Part shown: piece after piece, positions 39,807-53,848 of the stretch | Position numbering within the stretch: the stretch's first letter is position 1 | Layout: the number at the start of each line of letters is the position of its first letter | NCBI RefSeq assembly: GCF_963921235.1 | Contig: NC_086108.1 | Coordinates: forward strand, 72,666,001-72,726,000 | Direction of reading: 5' to 3' | Length of the DNA: 60,000 bases | From: Mobula hypostoma | Lineage: Eukaryota | Notes under the pieces: generated by a model | Seen by the model: only the letters and a program-made list of their open reading frames with translations | Databases searched by the model: none | What the model was told of the DNA's origin: nothing | Position numbers and translations under genes: made by a program

Positions 39807-40759
39807 ACTATGAACCACTGTTAGATTATAGCACAAGGAGATCACCTCAACTAGATAGAAATTAGAGTAAGCTTTCTCAAATAAAGGATACTGATAACTA
39901 TTACTCTACTATGCATCTTTTGTGAAAAGTTATTAAAATATCTATTATGCATTAATATGAATTTTGACGTCCACCATTATATATCTCTGCATAGTTTGAA
40001 TTTAATGCAGCTGGAATTTAGAAGTCCTTGCCCCTTGAAGTCCTATGTCCTTGAAGGTGTTCCCATTTCCTCTATTCCACCTTCTTTATCTGAATGTATA
40101 AATGAAGCTTAATTTAAAGGAATAGGGGTATGTAAAGTATATCTGTAACTTACCAGTTACAGGAATAATCACACAAGTTATTAGAATTTAGTAACCTTTT
40201 TGTTGCTGCTAGCATGAGTATAACAATAAAAGAGAGATTATGGATTTGGTGATTAATCTTGCAAAGGTAATATTAAATACATCATAAACTTGTCAGCTGA
40301 ATGCTCTAACTGATAAAGGAGCTCGATCCAGCTCCATAGTGTGCCAGGTTGTAATGTAATAACACCATTGATAAAAGCCAGTGTAACAACAGGAAAAGAA
40401 AATAAACCTAATTCATCACTTACTTGTGTGTGCAAAACATAATGCAAGTGCTGTACGTTTATAACTGAAGCAGAAAGTGGTGGAAACAATTTCCAGATAA
40501 GGATGCATCATGTGTGATTCTTGAGTACAGAAAATTGCCAGAGTGTATGTTTAATAGATTCTTGTCTTGATTTTTAAGAAACACTCAAACTTCTCTTACT
40601 GTCTGTCCTATGTTAATTGTCCTCTTCCTAAATATTCTCTGTTATCCTGCTGGGGGAAGTTTACTAAACATTTGTGGTGTAAATGAAAACCAGAAGCTAT
40701 GCAACAATGTATGATACCTAACAACAGATACCTGAAATAGGTACTCTGTTCTAAGCTCC

Positions 40760-40960
40760 GTCATAGGAAAGTACTAGCCAGATGGATAAAGAGATTCACA
40801 AATGTTCTCATAACTTCTCCACTGATCCCTCCGAACCTCTGGCCCATGATAGCTCCAAATGCAGGAGCACTGAAGATGTTCGTGAGATTCTGGAGGCCGT
40901 GCATCACACAAAGGCCCTGTATAAATTGCAATGAATAAGCACACCGAATGAGCATGAAGT
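40760..40960 (+). mobile_element. Possible highly decayed Penelope GIY-YIG remnant
   Basis: Translates in part to EDVREILEAVH, reminiscent of the PLE endonuclease R...EA..I motif; weak. Confidence 0.25.
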
Positions 40961-41376
40961 ATTGAACGAAGCTCACTGCAAAAGTCTGTCTAGCATAAAA
41001 AAATTGCAGATGGATTTCCATTATCTGGGTTGAATCACTTGGATTGACTAATTTCTGTGACATTAAATTGGGGTAGCAACATTACAAGTTAATACAGAGA
41101 AAGGAGTATTTGACAAGGCTTTTTCCTTACTGATAAATAGCTGGCGACATTTGGTTGAAAGCACTAAGCACTGGAACAGACTAGACAGTCAGTTCATTAC
41201 CCACTACATTCAATAGGAAGCTGTTTGAGAGAGTTACAGATCAATGCTCCTACCCACAGTAACATGCCAGGGTATATTGCCATTCATAAAGTGCAAGAAG
41301 CCTGTTCTGTCATCAATACATTGTGGTTGGACTTCTAATCAGTTTCCCTTACTATTCTCAAAAGTTTTGTTCCCTA

Positions 41377-41772
41377 AGACCATAAGACAAAGGAGCAGAA
41401 GTTGGCCATTCGGCCCATTGAGTCTGCGCCGCCATTTTATCATGAGCTGATCCATTCTCCCATTTAGTCCCACTCCCCCGCCTTCTCACCATAACCTTTG
41501 ATGCCCTGGCTACTCAGATACCTATCAATCTCTGCCTTAAATACACCCAATGACTTGGCCTCCATTGCTGCCCGTGGCAACAAATTCCATAGATTCACCA
41601 CCCTCTGACTAAAAAAATTTCTTTGCACTTCTGTTCTGAATGGGCGCCCTTCAATCCTTAAGTCATGCCCTCTCGTACTAGCCTCCCCCATCATGGAAAA
41701 CAACTTTGCCACATCCACTCTGTCCATGCCTTTCAACATTCGAAATGTTTCTATGAGGTCTCCCCTCATTCT
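41377..41772 (-). mobile_element. CR1 LINE 3' fragment, relatively well preserved
   Basis: ORF 41464-41808 reads RMRGDLIETFRMLKGMDRVD...RNFFSQRVVNLWNLLP; tail agaccataagac. Confidence 0.9.
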
Positions 41773-41935
41773 AAGAAGCTGAGAATTTGCTTGTCTTAAT
41801 CTTGACAATGTTTAATGACCAAGCATTCCAAGAATTCCAAAGATTCACTGCCTCCTGAGTGAAAAAATGTCTCCTCATCTCAGTACTAAATGGCCAGCCC
41901 CTTATTTTATAGATTCTACAGATACCGGAAAACGT

Positions 41936-44125
41936 CAGAATTAGAATCAGAATCAGGTTTAATATCACCGGCATTTGTTGTGAAATTAGTTAACTTTATG
42001 GCAGCAGTACAATGAAATACATGATAAATAATACAGGCAGTAACAACTGAATTACAGTATATATACGTCTATTAAATAGTTGAGCTGAAATAAGTAGCAA
42101 AATCTAATGATGTAGTGTTCATGGGTTCAATATCCATTCAAAAATCGGATGGCAGAGGGGAAGAAGCTGTTCCTGAATCGCTGAGTGTGCGCCTTCAGGC
42201 TTCTGTACCTCCTGCCCAATGGTAACAGTCAGAAGAGGGCTTATCCTGGGTAGTGGGGATCCTTAATGATGGATGCCGCCTTCCTAAGGCACTGCTCCTT
42301 AAAGGTGACTTGATACCACAGAGGCTTGTACGCATGATGAAGCTAATTAATTTTACAAGTTTCTGCAACTTATTTTGATGTTGTGCAGTAGCACCCCCCC
42401 CCCGTAAGAGACGGTGATGCTCCCCATGGTATATTTGTAGAAGTTTTTGAGTGTTTTACTTGACAAACCAAATCTGACTTGCCTTCTTTATAGCTGCATC
42501 AGTATGTTGCGTCCAGGTTAGGTCCTCAGAGATATTGACACCCAGGAACTTGAAATTGCCCACTCTCGCCTCTTCTGATCCCTCTGAGGATTGGTTTATG
42601 TTCCCTGGTCCTACCCTTCCTGGTCTACAATCAGCTCTTTGGATTTGACTGCTTTGAGTGCAAGTTTTTGCTGCAACACCACTCAACTAACTTATATATC
42701 TTGTTCCTGTACGCCCTTTCATCACCATCTGAAATTCTGCCAACAATGGTTGTATCATCAGCAAACTTATATGTGACATTTGAGCTGTGCCTAGCCACAC
42801 TGTCGTGGGTGTGAAAGGAGTTGAGCAGTGGGTTAAGCACACATCCCTGAGGCGTGCTAGTGTTGAAAGTCATCAAGGTGGAGGTGTTATTTCCAATCTG
42901 CACAGATAGTGGTCTTCTGGTTTGGAAGTCGAGGATCTAGTTGCAGAGGGAGGTACCGAGGCCTAGGTTCTCTAGCTTTCCAAACAGGACTGTAGGAATG
43001 ATGGTGTTAAGTGCTCAGCTATAGTCAATAAACAGCATCCTAACATAGGTGTTTGCATTGTCCAAGTGATCCAAGGCCACGTGGAAAGCCATTCGGAGCG
43101 TGTCAGCTGTAGACCTATTGTGGTGATAGGCAAATTACAGTGGGTCCAGGTCCTTCCTTAGACGAATGCTGATTCTAGGCATGACCAATCTCTCAAAACA
43201 TTTCATCACCATCGATGTGAGTGCTTCTGGATGATAATCGTGAAGGCAGCTCACTCTGTTCTTCTTGGGTACTGGTATTATTGTTGCCCTTTTGAAGCAG
43301 GCAATTTGACTGTAGCAATGAGAGATTGACAATGACCTTGAATACCCCTGCCTGTTGGTTGGTACAGGTTTTCAGAGTCTTTCCAGGTATTCCATCGATC
43401 CCTGCCACCTTGTGAAGGTTTACTCTTTTGAAAGGCAGCCTGATGTTGGCATCCGAGACAGAGATCACAGGGGTCACTGGATGCTGCAGGGACCATCATA
43501 GCTGCATAAAAGGCATTGAGCTCGTCTGGTAGTGAAGCATTGCTGCCATTTATGATGTTGGGTTGGCTTTGTAGGAAGTTGGGGCCTACAAATCCAGCCA
43601 GAGTTGACGTACATCTGATGTCACCTCTAACCTCTCCCAGAATTGTTTCTTGGCTCTCGAAAAAGCCCTCCGCATGTCATACCTGGTTTTCTGGGTCACC
43701 AGAATTAAATGCTACAAATCTAGCCCTCAGAATACTGTGAACCTCGTGGTTCATCCACAGAGTTTGTTTTCATAGGCGCACTCTCATCCGCGCAGCTTTC
43801 AATGAAGTCGGTAACAACTCTGGCATACTCATACTCATCCAGACTCAAAGGCGACTCCCTGAACACTGATTCAAAGCAGTCCTGTAAGCGCTCCTGTGCT
43901 TCCCTGGTCTATGCCTTCCTGGTCCTCACTACCGGTGCTTCAGTCTCCAGTCTCTGCCTGTACTCAGAGTACGAAGTACAGCCAGGTGATCAGACCTTCC
44001 GAAGTGTGGGCGTGGGATAGCACGGTAGAGACTATACCATGCCCAGATTCCAAAGGGCAACAAATGAAAAGCTTTTATCAGCATCGACCTCGACCAGTGC
44101 CCTAAGCCTTGTGTACATTTCAAAA
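41936..44125 (-). mobile_element. Rex1/Babar LINE, degenerate ORF2 from endonuclease C-terminus to 3' end
   Basis: [66 protein letters not shown]; tail (GATTCT)n at 41936-41956. Confidence 0.9.
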
Positions 44126-45424
44126 GGATCTACTCCCTTTTTCCTAAACTTGAGGAAATATAAATTATAATATAATTTCTCTTAACATGGGAATCAAATA
44201 TATTCTGCCATAAGCAAGGAGGCTAAAAGTGTGCTCTCACCAGGCCCAAGTAACACCAGGAAGATAGCCTTACTTTTATCCTCCAAGGTTCCCTGCAGCA
44301 TACTCCTGTTAGTAAAGACTTACATAAGGCTTTCGGGGGGGGGCGGGGGGGGGAGACTATAAAGATATGAAAGGGAGTCATGTAATTTTGCATAATTGCT
44401 ATGGGGTACCCTGACCATTGTTATCAGCTTTGTCATGCGCTCACAAAAGAATAGCCAGGTAAAGTGCAAGACCTTGCAAAGAAGTCTAAGTGAACATTGA
44501 ACAGTAAATGTGGATTAAATTGTCTTTTATTGTGTTTTTTCATTTTATGAGATAAGAGTAACACTGGTAAAATCAACATTTATTGCCCACCAACAATTGC
44601 ACTTCAGACAGTGGTTTTAGTGAACTGCCTTACTGATTTGCTGCACTCCTGGTAAGGATAACTCCATTGGTCATTGGATAGGGATAATCAGGATTTAGAG
44701 CCAATAATGACGAAGAAATAGAATGGTGATTTGGACTAAATACTCCAGCTGGTGTTGTTTGTATGTACCTATACTATCCTTGTCTGTTTAGGTGGAATTA
44801 GGAAATGGTACAGATTCACGTTGGTAAGTTACTGCAGTTTCTTTTTTCTGCAGTGTGTCAAGATTACGTATTTATATTAAAAGTATTTAAAAACTTACAG
44901 TGCAAAGAGTCAATTCTGTTAATGTCAACTTGAGCCAAATCCGTGTATGATTATTCCATCATAGACTGGCCAGCCCACACCATTTATTGATCTTCTACTT
45001 CAACAAATAATACTTGGCTTCACTAGGCTCCTCTGCAAAAATAATGATGCCATTAATCTTCTCTAAAACCTTCAATCCCGTTTCGTTATTGATCCAGTTC
45101 CATTTTAAAGATGACAATTGAACTCCCATAAAATACCTGTCCTTGGAGCTTGTCCACTATCTCACTAAACCATGCTTCGGTTTTGTGGCCCATTGTGCTC
45201 TGATTAACTATATTGGAGCATATTTATTCATGAATTATTTTGATTCAGGTTATGTCTGGTTGAACCTTGCATTCAGATAAGAAGAATTACAGTGTCAGTG
45301 TGTTTGTGTGTCTGTTGGGCAGTGGAGAGACAATGGAGAAATCTGGAAAATATTATGTTCTCATGGGCTCAGATCAGGCCCCAATTTTCTCCCACATTTG
45401 TCACTAATTTCCTGAATACATTAT

Positions 45425-45790
45425 TGTTAGTTCAAACCCCACTCGAGAGACTTGAGCACATAAATCTCATTTGACACTCTTGTGAAGTGCCAAGGGTTTG
45501 CTGTACAATTAGATCTACTAACATTGAGATGAGCTGTTAAACTGAGGCTTACCGACTCTCTCAGGGGAACAGAAAAGATCCCATGACACCATTTTAGAGA
45601 GGACCAGACAAGTGCCCTGTGCCCTGGCCAATATATCTATCATTTAATATACATTAATCAAGCAGATTATTTGAACAGTATCTCATTGTTTTAAATAAGG
45701 AGCTTGCTCTGTGAAAATTGGCTGTGACTACACTTCAAAAGTTCTGTGCTGTAGAATGTTTTGAAAGGGACATGAAAAGGTGCCAAGTTT
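45425..45790 (+). mobile_element. Deu-domain SINE (SacSINE1/AmnSINE-like) remnant
   Basis: gttcaaaccccactc...gacttgagcaca...gatgagctgttaaactgagg...aaaagatcccatg...cctggccaatat...gtgactacacttcaaaag resembles the recalled DeuSINE consensus. Confidence 0.6.
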
Positions 45791-46034
45791 TGTATTTCTC
45801 TATTGAATTTAATATATCTTCATCTTGATTGCTAAGTAGGAATTTATGAATTTTGTGTACATTTTCGTTCACTGCCTAGTGAATATTGTAAATTTGCACC
45901 TAATCTGCATTGTACAGGTCTCCCCTTGGTCTTTTCCTTTCAAATGTGTATTTTATTTATATACACAGTAAATACAATCAGGCCATGCTTTTTCTGCATG
46001 CATTATAACATTTATTCAATATATTCTCTTGCAT

Positions 46035-46430
46035 TGTGTCAATGCCCCAGCGCGTCTGTAGATGTGAACTTCCCGCTATTCAAGACATTTACAAAGACAG
46101 GTGTGTAAAAAGGGCCTGAAGGATCATTGGGGACCTGAGTCATCCCAACCACAAACTGTTCCAGCTGCTGCCATCTGGGAAACGGTACTGCAGCATAAAA
46201 GCCAGGACCAACAGGCTCTGGGACAGCTTCTTCCACCAGGCCTTCAGACTGATTAATTCATGCTGATACAATTGTATTTCTATGCTATATTGACTGTCCT
46301 GTTGTACATACTATTTATTATAAATTAGTATAAATTCCACATTGGACATTTAGACTGAGACGAAACATACAGATTTTTACTCCTCATGTTTATGAAGGAT
46401 GTAAGTAATAAAGTCAATTCAATTCAATGC
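46035..46430 (+). mobile_element. Rex1/Babar 3' fragment
   Basis: Encodes HPNHKLFQLLPSGKRYCSIKARTNRLWDSFFHQA; tail aataaagtcaattcaattcaat. Confidence 0.8.
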
Positions 46431-49400
46431 AATACTTCCTCAAACAATGCACCAATGAAATGTTTGTGAGGCTGTTACTCAGCTCCTCAGTGTCCTGTGT
46501 CTGGAACCCTGGACTGTGGTCTTTTCCAGAGAACCTTTGCAGTGGCTGCACCACGATTCAGTGAGTCTGTCAGCACGTGTCCCTGGATCTTGGAGAGTGG
46601 GTTAATCGGCAACATTCACTTGCAGACATCCCTTTACAGTGGAACAAGTTTTAGTAAGGAATAAAGTGCACTTTCGCCAAGTTGATGTCTGTCTCAGTCT
46701 GGATCTGGCTGTCTTTACCCCTAAAAACTTTTTATTGCACTTTAATCCACCTAAGTTTAGGAGCTGTGTGCTCTCTCATTTTTTTCTAGTATCCTTTTTA
46801 AAGTAGGCTGACCAAAATATGCAATGCAGAGGAGAGAAATAACCCCACTGGTGATCCATGCCATGTGGATCTGAGTCTTGTTTCTCTATTGATGCTTCAT
46901 AGCTACCTCATGCATCCAGATTTGTCAGGAAGGAATATCATACTACATTTTTAGGATCTTGGCTGCAGATTACAGGACTGTCTACATTTCAGAAGTACTT
47001 CACGGACTGTGACGCACCTTGTGATGCTCTGAAAGGAACCTCAGACATGATATATAAATTCTTTTTTGGTGATAATCTCACTATTGGAGAGACAACATAT
47101 CTTTTAAAAGCTCTCCTTGTTCAGCAGCAGTGGTTTTCATTTCTTGTGTGAAATATTCAGCCTTAGCAAATTCTGGGGGTAAATGGGAAGGACAGTGTTT
47201 TTGTTCTTGCTGTAATGTGCTCAGAAAGATCCGTTTGCAGTGCTGTTTCTGAAGTAGGGGCGTCAACCAAATGCATACAAAGTACAGAATATTGTGCACC
47301 TTTTAATGGCCAAGTGGGGATCAGAAACGACAAATCTCTCCAGGCTACTGAGTGTTATTCCAGGAATTGTGTGCGTCTGAGAGTTCCTGCCTTTCGTGTT
47401 ATTCTATGATCTTGTGTAATGGGCAATGAGAACCCCACACCAAGTAGGGAAGAGAATGGCAGTGGAAGTGCAGCATGATGGGTTAAATGATGGGACAAGG
47501 CGTGAAAGATGCCAGCATAGACCAAGGGGAATGTAGCCTTTGCTGAAGGGGAAGGAGGGATGAAAACAGTCTGCATGAACTGAAGAGGTGGAGAGTACTG
47601 AGTGAACCATTTGGGGAGAGAGTGACAAAGCATAAAGTAAAGACTGTGGCTGTGTGGATGGTGTTTGAAAAAGCCAGCCTGCGCTGGAGAACCGAGAGAA
47701 AATTAATGATATGAACTGAAATGAAAAGGGTTGAAAAGTTTCATAAAAATCTGGGAAACTGACAGTATCTGTGCATGTGCAGGCAGAGAAGAATGAGAGT
47801 TTAATGTTCAGGAAGAGTAAATGATAGGTACCAGACTGGAGGAGAAAAGATGAATAATACAGTTCTGTAAATGGAAGAGATGGAAAGAAACATTCATAAG
47901 TGGGCATGGGTAAATGGAGGTGGGGGGGGGGAATTTTTGTGGAAGCTATTAGATGAACTTCATTCCAGGAGCCACCCTCAAGCTCCTGACAGTGATAATT
48001 TGGCTGTTGGTGCCATGAGCCATCACAACAGTCAGGAAGGAAGGAATTATTCCTTAATATTTAAGGTTAAAAAGCCACCAATTGCAAATAATACAGGTTT
48101 TTGAATGCAGAAGGTAATGAGTCATTTCTAGGAGTATGCCTCTGGATCCTAGTGATCTAAAAGGGGTTGCAGAGTTGATAAGAATAAGTTCAGTATGAAC
48201 TGTATGTGATTTGCTGTCCAGTGGACTCTAATGCCACACCATTCACTATATTCACTCATCAAGCCAAGAGAAAATGATTTTTATCAGCATCTCCTATCCT
48301 GCAATAAAATAGAAATTGTGCTCACATTGATTGGTTAACTACAAGCTAAATCAATAATGATGCCGAATTCAAAAATTCTATGGTAAATGTATATCTGAAT
48401 CACAGGAATGGTGACTCTTTTTCTTTGGTGACAAACACATCAATAGCACCTCTGAATTTAGCATGTACATTTCCAGTTGATATGCGAAGGTTTAATGTAT
48501 TAAATCAATAGATGTAAAATGTTAATATAAATTGTACAGATTTTAGTTTCTATTTTCTGCATAAACATTTTGTAGTTAGTTGCCACAGCATGACGTTAAT
48601 TTCACTACATAATGTGCTGTGCATGCATATATTTATTTTTAAAGGTATAATATCATACTATGCCATATTTATATTTAAAAGCTTTTAATAATATGTATTC
48701 CACCTAAACCTAGAAATAACTAAACTGCAGGTAAACCTGTTTTTCCATCAGTGCCACAGCATTAAATAAATTGAACTTTTTTGTTTGTTTGCCAGAAAGG
48801 ATCATTTCTGGTTCATTGATATTTGTTTGATTAAAACAATTACAACATGCTAATCATTTATAAATAGCCTTTTAAACATATGCAGATTATTAAGAAGGTT
48901 TTGAGCGGGGGTCCATCTGGGCCTGAGATTATACATACAGGTTTTAACCTCCTGAAGTATAAGGGTCATTCGAAGCAGCAGCTGACTGAGTTTAAAGTTT
49001 ATTGTGAGCTTCCATTGTAGAGCACACATCACTGGTAATCACTGCAAGAAAAGCAGCAGGGAATAAGTAATGTTCCAGCCATGACAAACCATGTTGGATC
49101 AAGGGCAAGTCTTTGCATTCTAATTAATCCATCCTTGCTGAGATAGGCTTACCGCCCATTCATCATCCGCAAGTTTACCAATGAGCTGGTGGTGACCTAC
49201 AAACTGTAAGTGCTTGTATTATAATAAATACTTCAATAAGATATAGATCCATCAAGGCATCTTGTCAGCATGGCTATCATAAAAACGTTTTGTTCCAGAA
49301 GAAAAAAATAATTTCCAAGCTCTTGTATACACACGCTCGCCTGAGAATATTATGGTTTCTTTTGCATTGTTCCTGAATTATATTTCCAATTTTTCTTTTA

Positions 49401-50204
49401 GAATTCATATCAAAATATCTTTGCAGCATAATAATTTCCAGCACACATCTGCAAAAATATCTTGTGAAACCCTGTCAATTACGTAGTGAGAGGTTGATTC
49501 CAAACCAGCACTTTGGGTAGCAGTCAGTGTGCTACTGCGAAGCATTGTTCATTGTTCTGCCTGCTGCAGACAGGCTGTTGTTGCTTCCGTTCCCAGCCAG
49601 TCTTTCTTTTAATCCCTTATTCACCTAATACCATTTGCTATTTGTGCCCAAATTCATTAATTTTCCCCCTTCTCTCTCAAACAGAGCAACTAAATCTATT
49701 TTTCCTTTTGCTGGAAGCAGATTGCTATAAATAATTGGACAATATTTGTGTTCAAGCAGATAACATTCTTCTGTATATGGATTCGACATCCTAAGAATTG
49801 GTTTTCCTTTGCCGTCGAAATTTTGTCCAGACAATATTATAGGTGGGTCTTAGTTTTCACTGTGGACACAACACTTAATTTTGGAAAGATAAAGTTGTGA
49901 GTACTCTAGTGACACAAGGCCAAAACTGAAATAAGCTAATGTATTTTACAAGTGATGAATGCATGAACAGAATCATGTATGTACAAATTGTGACCTGGTT
50001 AATAAAAATTCTAATCTTATTGTTTTTTTTTATGCAAACATTGTAACTATACACCCTACATGCCCTGTGAATATGATCAGTAAGCTTTTCTGATCAATAG
50101 CGTTCCTGATCAAACCAATTGAGGAATTGAAACCAACATCAGTGCCTGAAGATAAAGGGTCACTGAATTAGCAAGGATATTTTTCTGTGGTTGAAAAATT
50201 CAAG

Positions 50205-51375
50205 ATTGCTTAATGTTCAAGTGTAAGGAGAACAAAATATTTGTTACTCTGAATCCAATGCAGCACCAAAAACACAAAACATAAAGAATACAATAATAAT
50301 TAAAAAACATAATAATTATAAATGCATAAGATAGCTTATATCCAGAGATGGATTGTGTGTCTATGAAGCGATGCTCGGCTGTACAAAAGGTGACTGATGG
50401 GAAATAATAGAGTACTGGTGGAATTAGTGGGTGGAGATGTTCAACAGCCTTACTACTTGGGAAAGGTCATTGTTCCTGAGTCTGGTCATCCTGGCATAGG
50501 TGATATATAGCCTCTCCTTGATGGGAATGGTACAAACAGTCCATGAACATGGTGTGTGTGATCCTTCATGATGTTACTCACTATTTTCCAGCATCTTTCT
50601 GTATATGTGTCCTTGCTGGTGGGTAGGCTGATGCCAGTGTTGTGTTGGGCAGTTTTGACTGCCTGTCGTAGAGTGTTTCTGCCCACTGAAGTGCAGATTC
50701 CATACCAAGTAGTGATGCAGCTTGTTAAGATGCTCTGTACTGCACACCTATAGAATGACGTTAGGTATGGATATGCAAAGTCCAGCTCTCTTCAGACTCT
50801 TCAGAAAGTAGAGGTGTTGGTGAGCTTTCTGTTTAGGTTGTGGTCTGGGACCATGAGGAGGTTACGTGTGATGAGGATGTGGACTCCCAGGAGTTTGAAA
50901 CTGCTTGAGTTTCCACTGTTGTGCCGCCGATGTAAAGAGGTGAGTGGTGTGAGTTCTCCTGAAGTTGTCCTTTGTCATTAGGAGCAGGTTACTTGTCTGG
51001 CACTGTGCCTCAAACTCTTGTACTTCCTCTCTGTAGGCCGACTCATTGTTGGTGATGAGCCCCACCACTTTTGTGTCTTTGGCAAACTTGATGATGTGAT
51101 TACTCAGGTCTATGGCTGTGCAATCATGTGTGAACAAAGAGTACAGCAATAGGCTCAGTACAGAGCCCTGGGGGTGGGGGGCAGTACAGAGCCCTGGGGG
51201 TGGGGGTTGGGGGGGCAGACACCTGTGCTGAGCATGATGGGGAAGGAGGAATGGTTGTGCATCCTGTCTGTTTGAGATCTGTTCATTAGAAATTCCAACA
51301 CCTAGTTGCACAGTGGTGTATTTGGACTGAGGAGTAAGAGTTTGTTGACCAAAGTCTGTTGGATAATGTGTTGAA
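50205..51375 (-). mobile_element. Degenerate Rex1/Babar LINE fragment
   Basis: ORF 50862-51503 reads PQGSVLSLLLYSLFTHDC...IIKFAKDTKVVGLI; an internal ~24-bp tandem duplication lies at 51156-51205. Confidence 0.8.
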
Positions 51376-53209
51376 TGCCATGTGGAGCACCCCAAAAGGT
51401 TTAATGGGCCTTGTCCACATGTTTCTTCAGCCCCCAGTAGTGGAGGCATCCAACAACACCTTGCCATTTCTGTCAGAGTATAACCTTTCACTCTTCCTTG
51501 CACATTTTCAGAGCCTTTCCCTCTTCATTTAGAAGTATGTTTTTCATTTTCTGTGACAAGTTTTATTATTGACAATCACAGCCATATTATTTTTTCTCAT
51601 TATTGGTATCCAGGTCTTCAAAGATGTTTTGCCTCTCTATGAGAAGACCACAAGAAATGATCTAAAGACAGCCTTACCTCCTTCTTCCAAACAAATCTAT
51701 GATAAAAGTCACTTCACAAAGTGCTTGACCCTTCTCACACATATCCTGATCTGCATATACATATCTGTCATAGCTGGAATTCTCCATTCATCTTGTTGAT
51801 AGTCTTCCCACTTTTGAAGTTTGAAATTGACTTCAGAAATCATTTTGTATCTGTTCTCACCCACTATTTATATCCCAACCTCATTCATCTTCACTGTCCA
51901 TCTCTGTTGGAGAAATGGTACGATAACCATTGCCATTTCTGATTCACAAGTCTTTTGTTACCCTCACAACACTTTACCTCTGTGTTTTCCTTTTATGCTA
52001 AGCATCTCCATTTTTCATTCACAGCTGTGCTCCCATCCGTTCCTACTGACCCCATCTCAATTCCTCAAACTCTCTCATCAATATTGTCCTACCAGCAAGA
52101 AATTCCCATCTTAGAACTAAACCTGGTAGAAAATATCGTACGTTCTACTGTTTGCTACTTTCCTATTTTATTCTCTCTCTTCACAATAGATTCTCTTAAA
52201 AAAAGGTTGAAGCTGATATAAATTTCAAATTATTAATGATGCAGTCAGTTTTATTGGCAGTCTCAGAGGTTTTCCACCTGCCTCTGCAGTTGTATGGAAT
52301 GAATGGAATTCATCAGAGTGTGATAAATTTGGATTCAGAATCTTAGAGATGATAAGTAGAATCAAGTGTACAGGACATTTATTCCCCTTTAGTGAAATAG
52401 CAAGGGAGGTTGACTGGATGACTCATAAGAAATCACAAATGAATTTGTGTCTGTCAGGCCTGCAGAATCATTGATGGAAAAAAATCTATTTGAGGTGCAA
52501 GTATTGAGTAGTTTATCAATTATACTGATTGTGTTTTCTCATGTTTGAGTTGATCCATCTAATTTTCTTTTCTGTCCATTAAAAGAAAGATGGAGAAATC
52601 AGCCGACAAAATCATTAGGAAGCATGATTAGGCTGCAGTGATCAAACACAGAGAGAAGATTTGTGGTTGGAGTGACTCGGGCTGACACATAATGGACAAA
52701 TAATCAACACGCGTTGAATGAAATGGAGGCACCATGCCTCCTTTATGCAGCCTGCCAATTTGCATCATTGCCACAAAACATTCAATGGGGCTGATGCACA
52801 ATCTTGATTCAAGACATTGATTCTCCCTTTATTCGAATGGTTGAGTTCCTTCAACAGTTTGTTTTCTGACCCATTGCTGTCTACCTGTGCGATGGCTGCA
52901 TGCAACAGGCGGCTAAAATCATAGCATCATAACATCACCTCATTCTGGTCTGCACTTCCTTAAAGGAATGAATTATAAATGGTATCGGGAGTGGGAGGTA
53001 TGCCTCAACATAAAATGATGACAAATAGTGCAACAGGATAAAGAGTGTCTCTAATGCTTTTGAATAAAGCACTGAAGGATAGGTTGAAATAGTGGAAAGG
53101 AGAGATGCTGGGTGATACATCAGTCATACCTTCAGTAGGAAGTAGGAAAAGCAAGTTGAGTGTGTCAGTGCCTAGTCTCTTGAACTCCTGCTCTCAATCC
53201 AGTGCTTCA

Positions 53210-53848
53210 GAAAGTTCAAGGACTTCAAAGTTCAAAGTAATTTTATTATCAAGGCACATATTTTTATATTCTTTATAGGCATCCGTTAATCTCATAAAAT
53301 CATGGATTTGCGCCTTGGAAGGTTTCCAGGGCGCAGGCTTGGACAATGTTGTATGGAAGACCAGCAGTTGCCCATGCTGCAAGTCTCCCCTCTCCACGCC
53401 ACCGATGTTGTCCAAGGGAAGGGCATTAGGACCCATACAGCTTGGCACCGGTGTTGCCGCAGAGCAATGTGTGGTTAAGTGCCTTGCTCAAGGACACAAC
53501 ACGCTGCTTCGGCCAAGGCTCGAACTAGCAACCTTCAAATCACTAGACAAGCGCCTTAACCACTTGGCCACGCGCCAAGGCACATATATGTCATCATATA
53601 CAACCCTGGAATTCCTTTTCTTGTGGGCATACTCAATACATCTGTAACAGAATAATAGAATCAATGAAAGACCACATCAACTGTGTGTTCCACAAGTGTG
53701 CAAAATTCAACAAGCAGTGCAAATACAAAAAGAAGGTAATAATAATAATAATTAATAATTAAGTAAGCAATAAATAATGAGAACATGAGATAGTGTCCTT
53801 GAAAGTGAGTCCATACCATAAGGTGTGGGAACATTTCAATGATGAAGC
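53210..53848 (-). mobile_element. Rex1-like 3' UTR fragment interrupted by a SINE
   Basis: Tail aagttcaaggacttcaaagttcaaagt; the UTR resumes after 53587 and matches 34750 and 39436. Confidence 0.7.
53262..53576 (-). mobile_element. Full-length tRNA-derived SINE with CORE-like segment and 11-bp TSD
   Basis: The minus strand begins GGCGCGTGGCCAAGTGGTTAAGGCG (A box) ... AGTTCGAGCC (B-box-like) ... gtgtccttgagcaaggcacttaacc (CORE-like), with an A-rich end. TSD aaggcacatat at 53251-53261 and 53577-53587. Confidence 0.85.

Noticed and set aside
49147..49205. Possible 59-bp exon (AYRPFIIRKFTNELVVTYK) with a gtaagt donor
   Set aside because: Weak acceptor, no recognisable homology, and phase incompatible with the p85 exon (stop codon if spliced in phase 1)
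53500..53576. tRNA gene
   Set aside because: tRNA-like head of a SINE; continues into SINE body and lacks a full cloverleaf
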